A stretch of DNA of 46,578 bases from Macrostomum lignano. Lineage: Eukaryota. The notes beneath the pieces are model-generated. The model saw only the letters and a list, made by a program, of their open reading frames with translations, was not told the origin of the DNA and made no database searches. Positions 45,750 to 46,578 of the stretch are shown in pieces (within the stretch, counting starts at the first letter, position 1; every line of letters starts with the position of its first letter). The stretch covers positions 1 to 46,578 of the forward strand of contig NIVC01001352.1 in assembly GCA_002269645.1 (NCBI GenBank), given 5' to 3'. Position numbers and translations under genes: made by a program.

Positions 45750-46578
45750 AAAGGGAATTCCGGTAAGAGAAATGGAGGGAATTCCGGTAGAGAAATGGAG
45801 GGAACTCCGGTAGATAAATGGAGGGAATTCCGGTAGAGAAATGGAGGGGAATTCCGGTAGAGAAATGGGGGAATTCCGGTAGAGAAATGGAGGGAATTCC
45901 AGAGAGAGAAATGGAGAGAATTCCAGTAGATAAATGAAGGGAATTCCAGGAGAGAAATGGAGGGAACTCCGGTAGAGAAATGGAGGGAACTCCGGTAGAG
46001 AAATGGAGGGAATTCCAGGAGAGAAATGGAGAGAATTCCGGTAGAGAAAGGAGGAATTCCAGGAGAGAAATGGAGGGAATTCCGGTAGAGAAATGGAGGG
46101 AATTCCGTAGAGAAATGGGAATTCCGGTAGAGAAATGGAGGGAATTCCGGGAGAGAATGGAGTGAATTCCGGTAGAGAAATGGAAGGAATTCGGTTAGAG
46201 AAATGAAGGGAACTCCGGTAGATAAATGGAGGGAATTCTAGGCAGAGAAATGGAGGGAATTCCGGGAGAGAAATGGAGGGAAGTCCGGTAGAGAAATGGG
46301 GAATTCCGGTAGAGAAATGGAGGGAATTCCGGTAGAGAAATGGAGGGAATTCCGGGAGAGAGATGGAGGGAATTCCGGTAGAGAAATGGGGGGAACTCCG
46401 GTAGATAAATGGAGGGAATTCTAGGAGAGAAATGGAGGGAATTCCGCGGAGAGAGATGGAGGGAATTCCGTAGAGAAATGGGGGTGAACTCCGGTAGATA
46501 AATGGAGGGAATTCCAGGAGAGAAATGGAGGGAATTCGGAGAGAAATGGAGGGAATTCCGGTAGAGAAATGGAGGGAA
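45750..46578. repeat. 23-bp minisatellite (AGGGAATTCCGGTAGAGAAATGG) in the RGS intron, truncated by the window edge
   Basis: Directly visible tandem units. Confidence 0.95.

Overview
Eukaryotic (metazoan) genomic DNA, very rich in repeats. The gene style (GC-rich exons with poly-G/A/Q tracts, introns filled with minisatellites) suggests a free-living flatworm such as Macrostomum, but that is inference only. From left to right: (1) A near-intact Ty3/Gypsy LTR retrotransposon on the minus strand (~406-8999) with gag, a -1 frameshifted pol (PR-RT-RH-IN) and a tRNA-Leu PBS. It also has a non-Env third ORF and an odd 5' end: a duplicated PBS, a site complementary to the tRNA-Leu D-arm, and LTR identity that stops ~390 nt short of the PBS. 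(2) A non-autonomous hAT-type element (9925-19214; 16-bp TIRs, perfect 8-bp TSD CTAGGTAG) whose interior is exactly 435 copies of a 21-bp unit. This array explains the three ~3,000-aa ORFs. (3) Helitron-like tandem arrays and a Gypsy gag remnant. (4) A complete 6-exon mitochondrial CLPX gene on the minus strand (28034-32647, 650 aa). (5) The first three coding exons of an RZ-family RGS gene (RGS17/19/20-like) on the plus strand, running off the right edge. Most other ORFs in the track are repeat read-throughs or antisense shadows.
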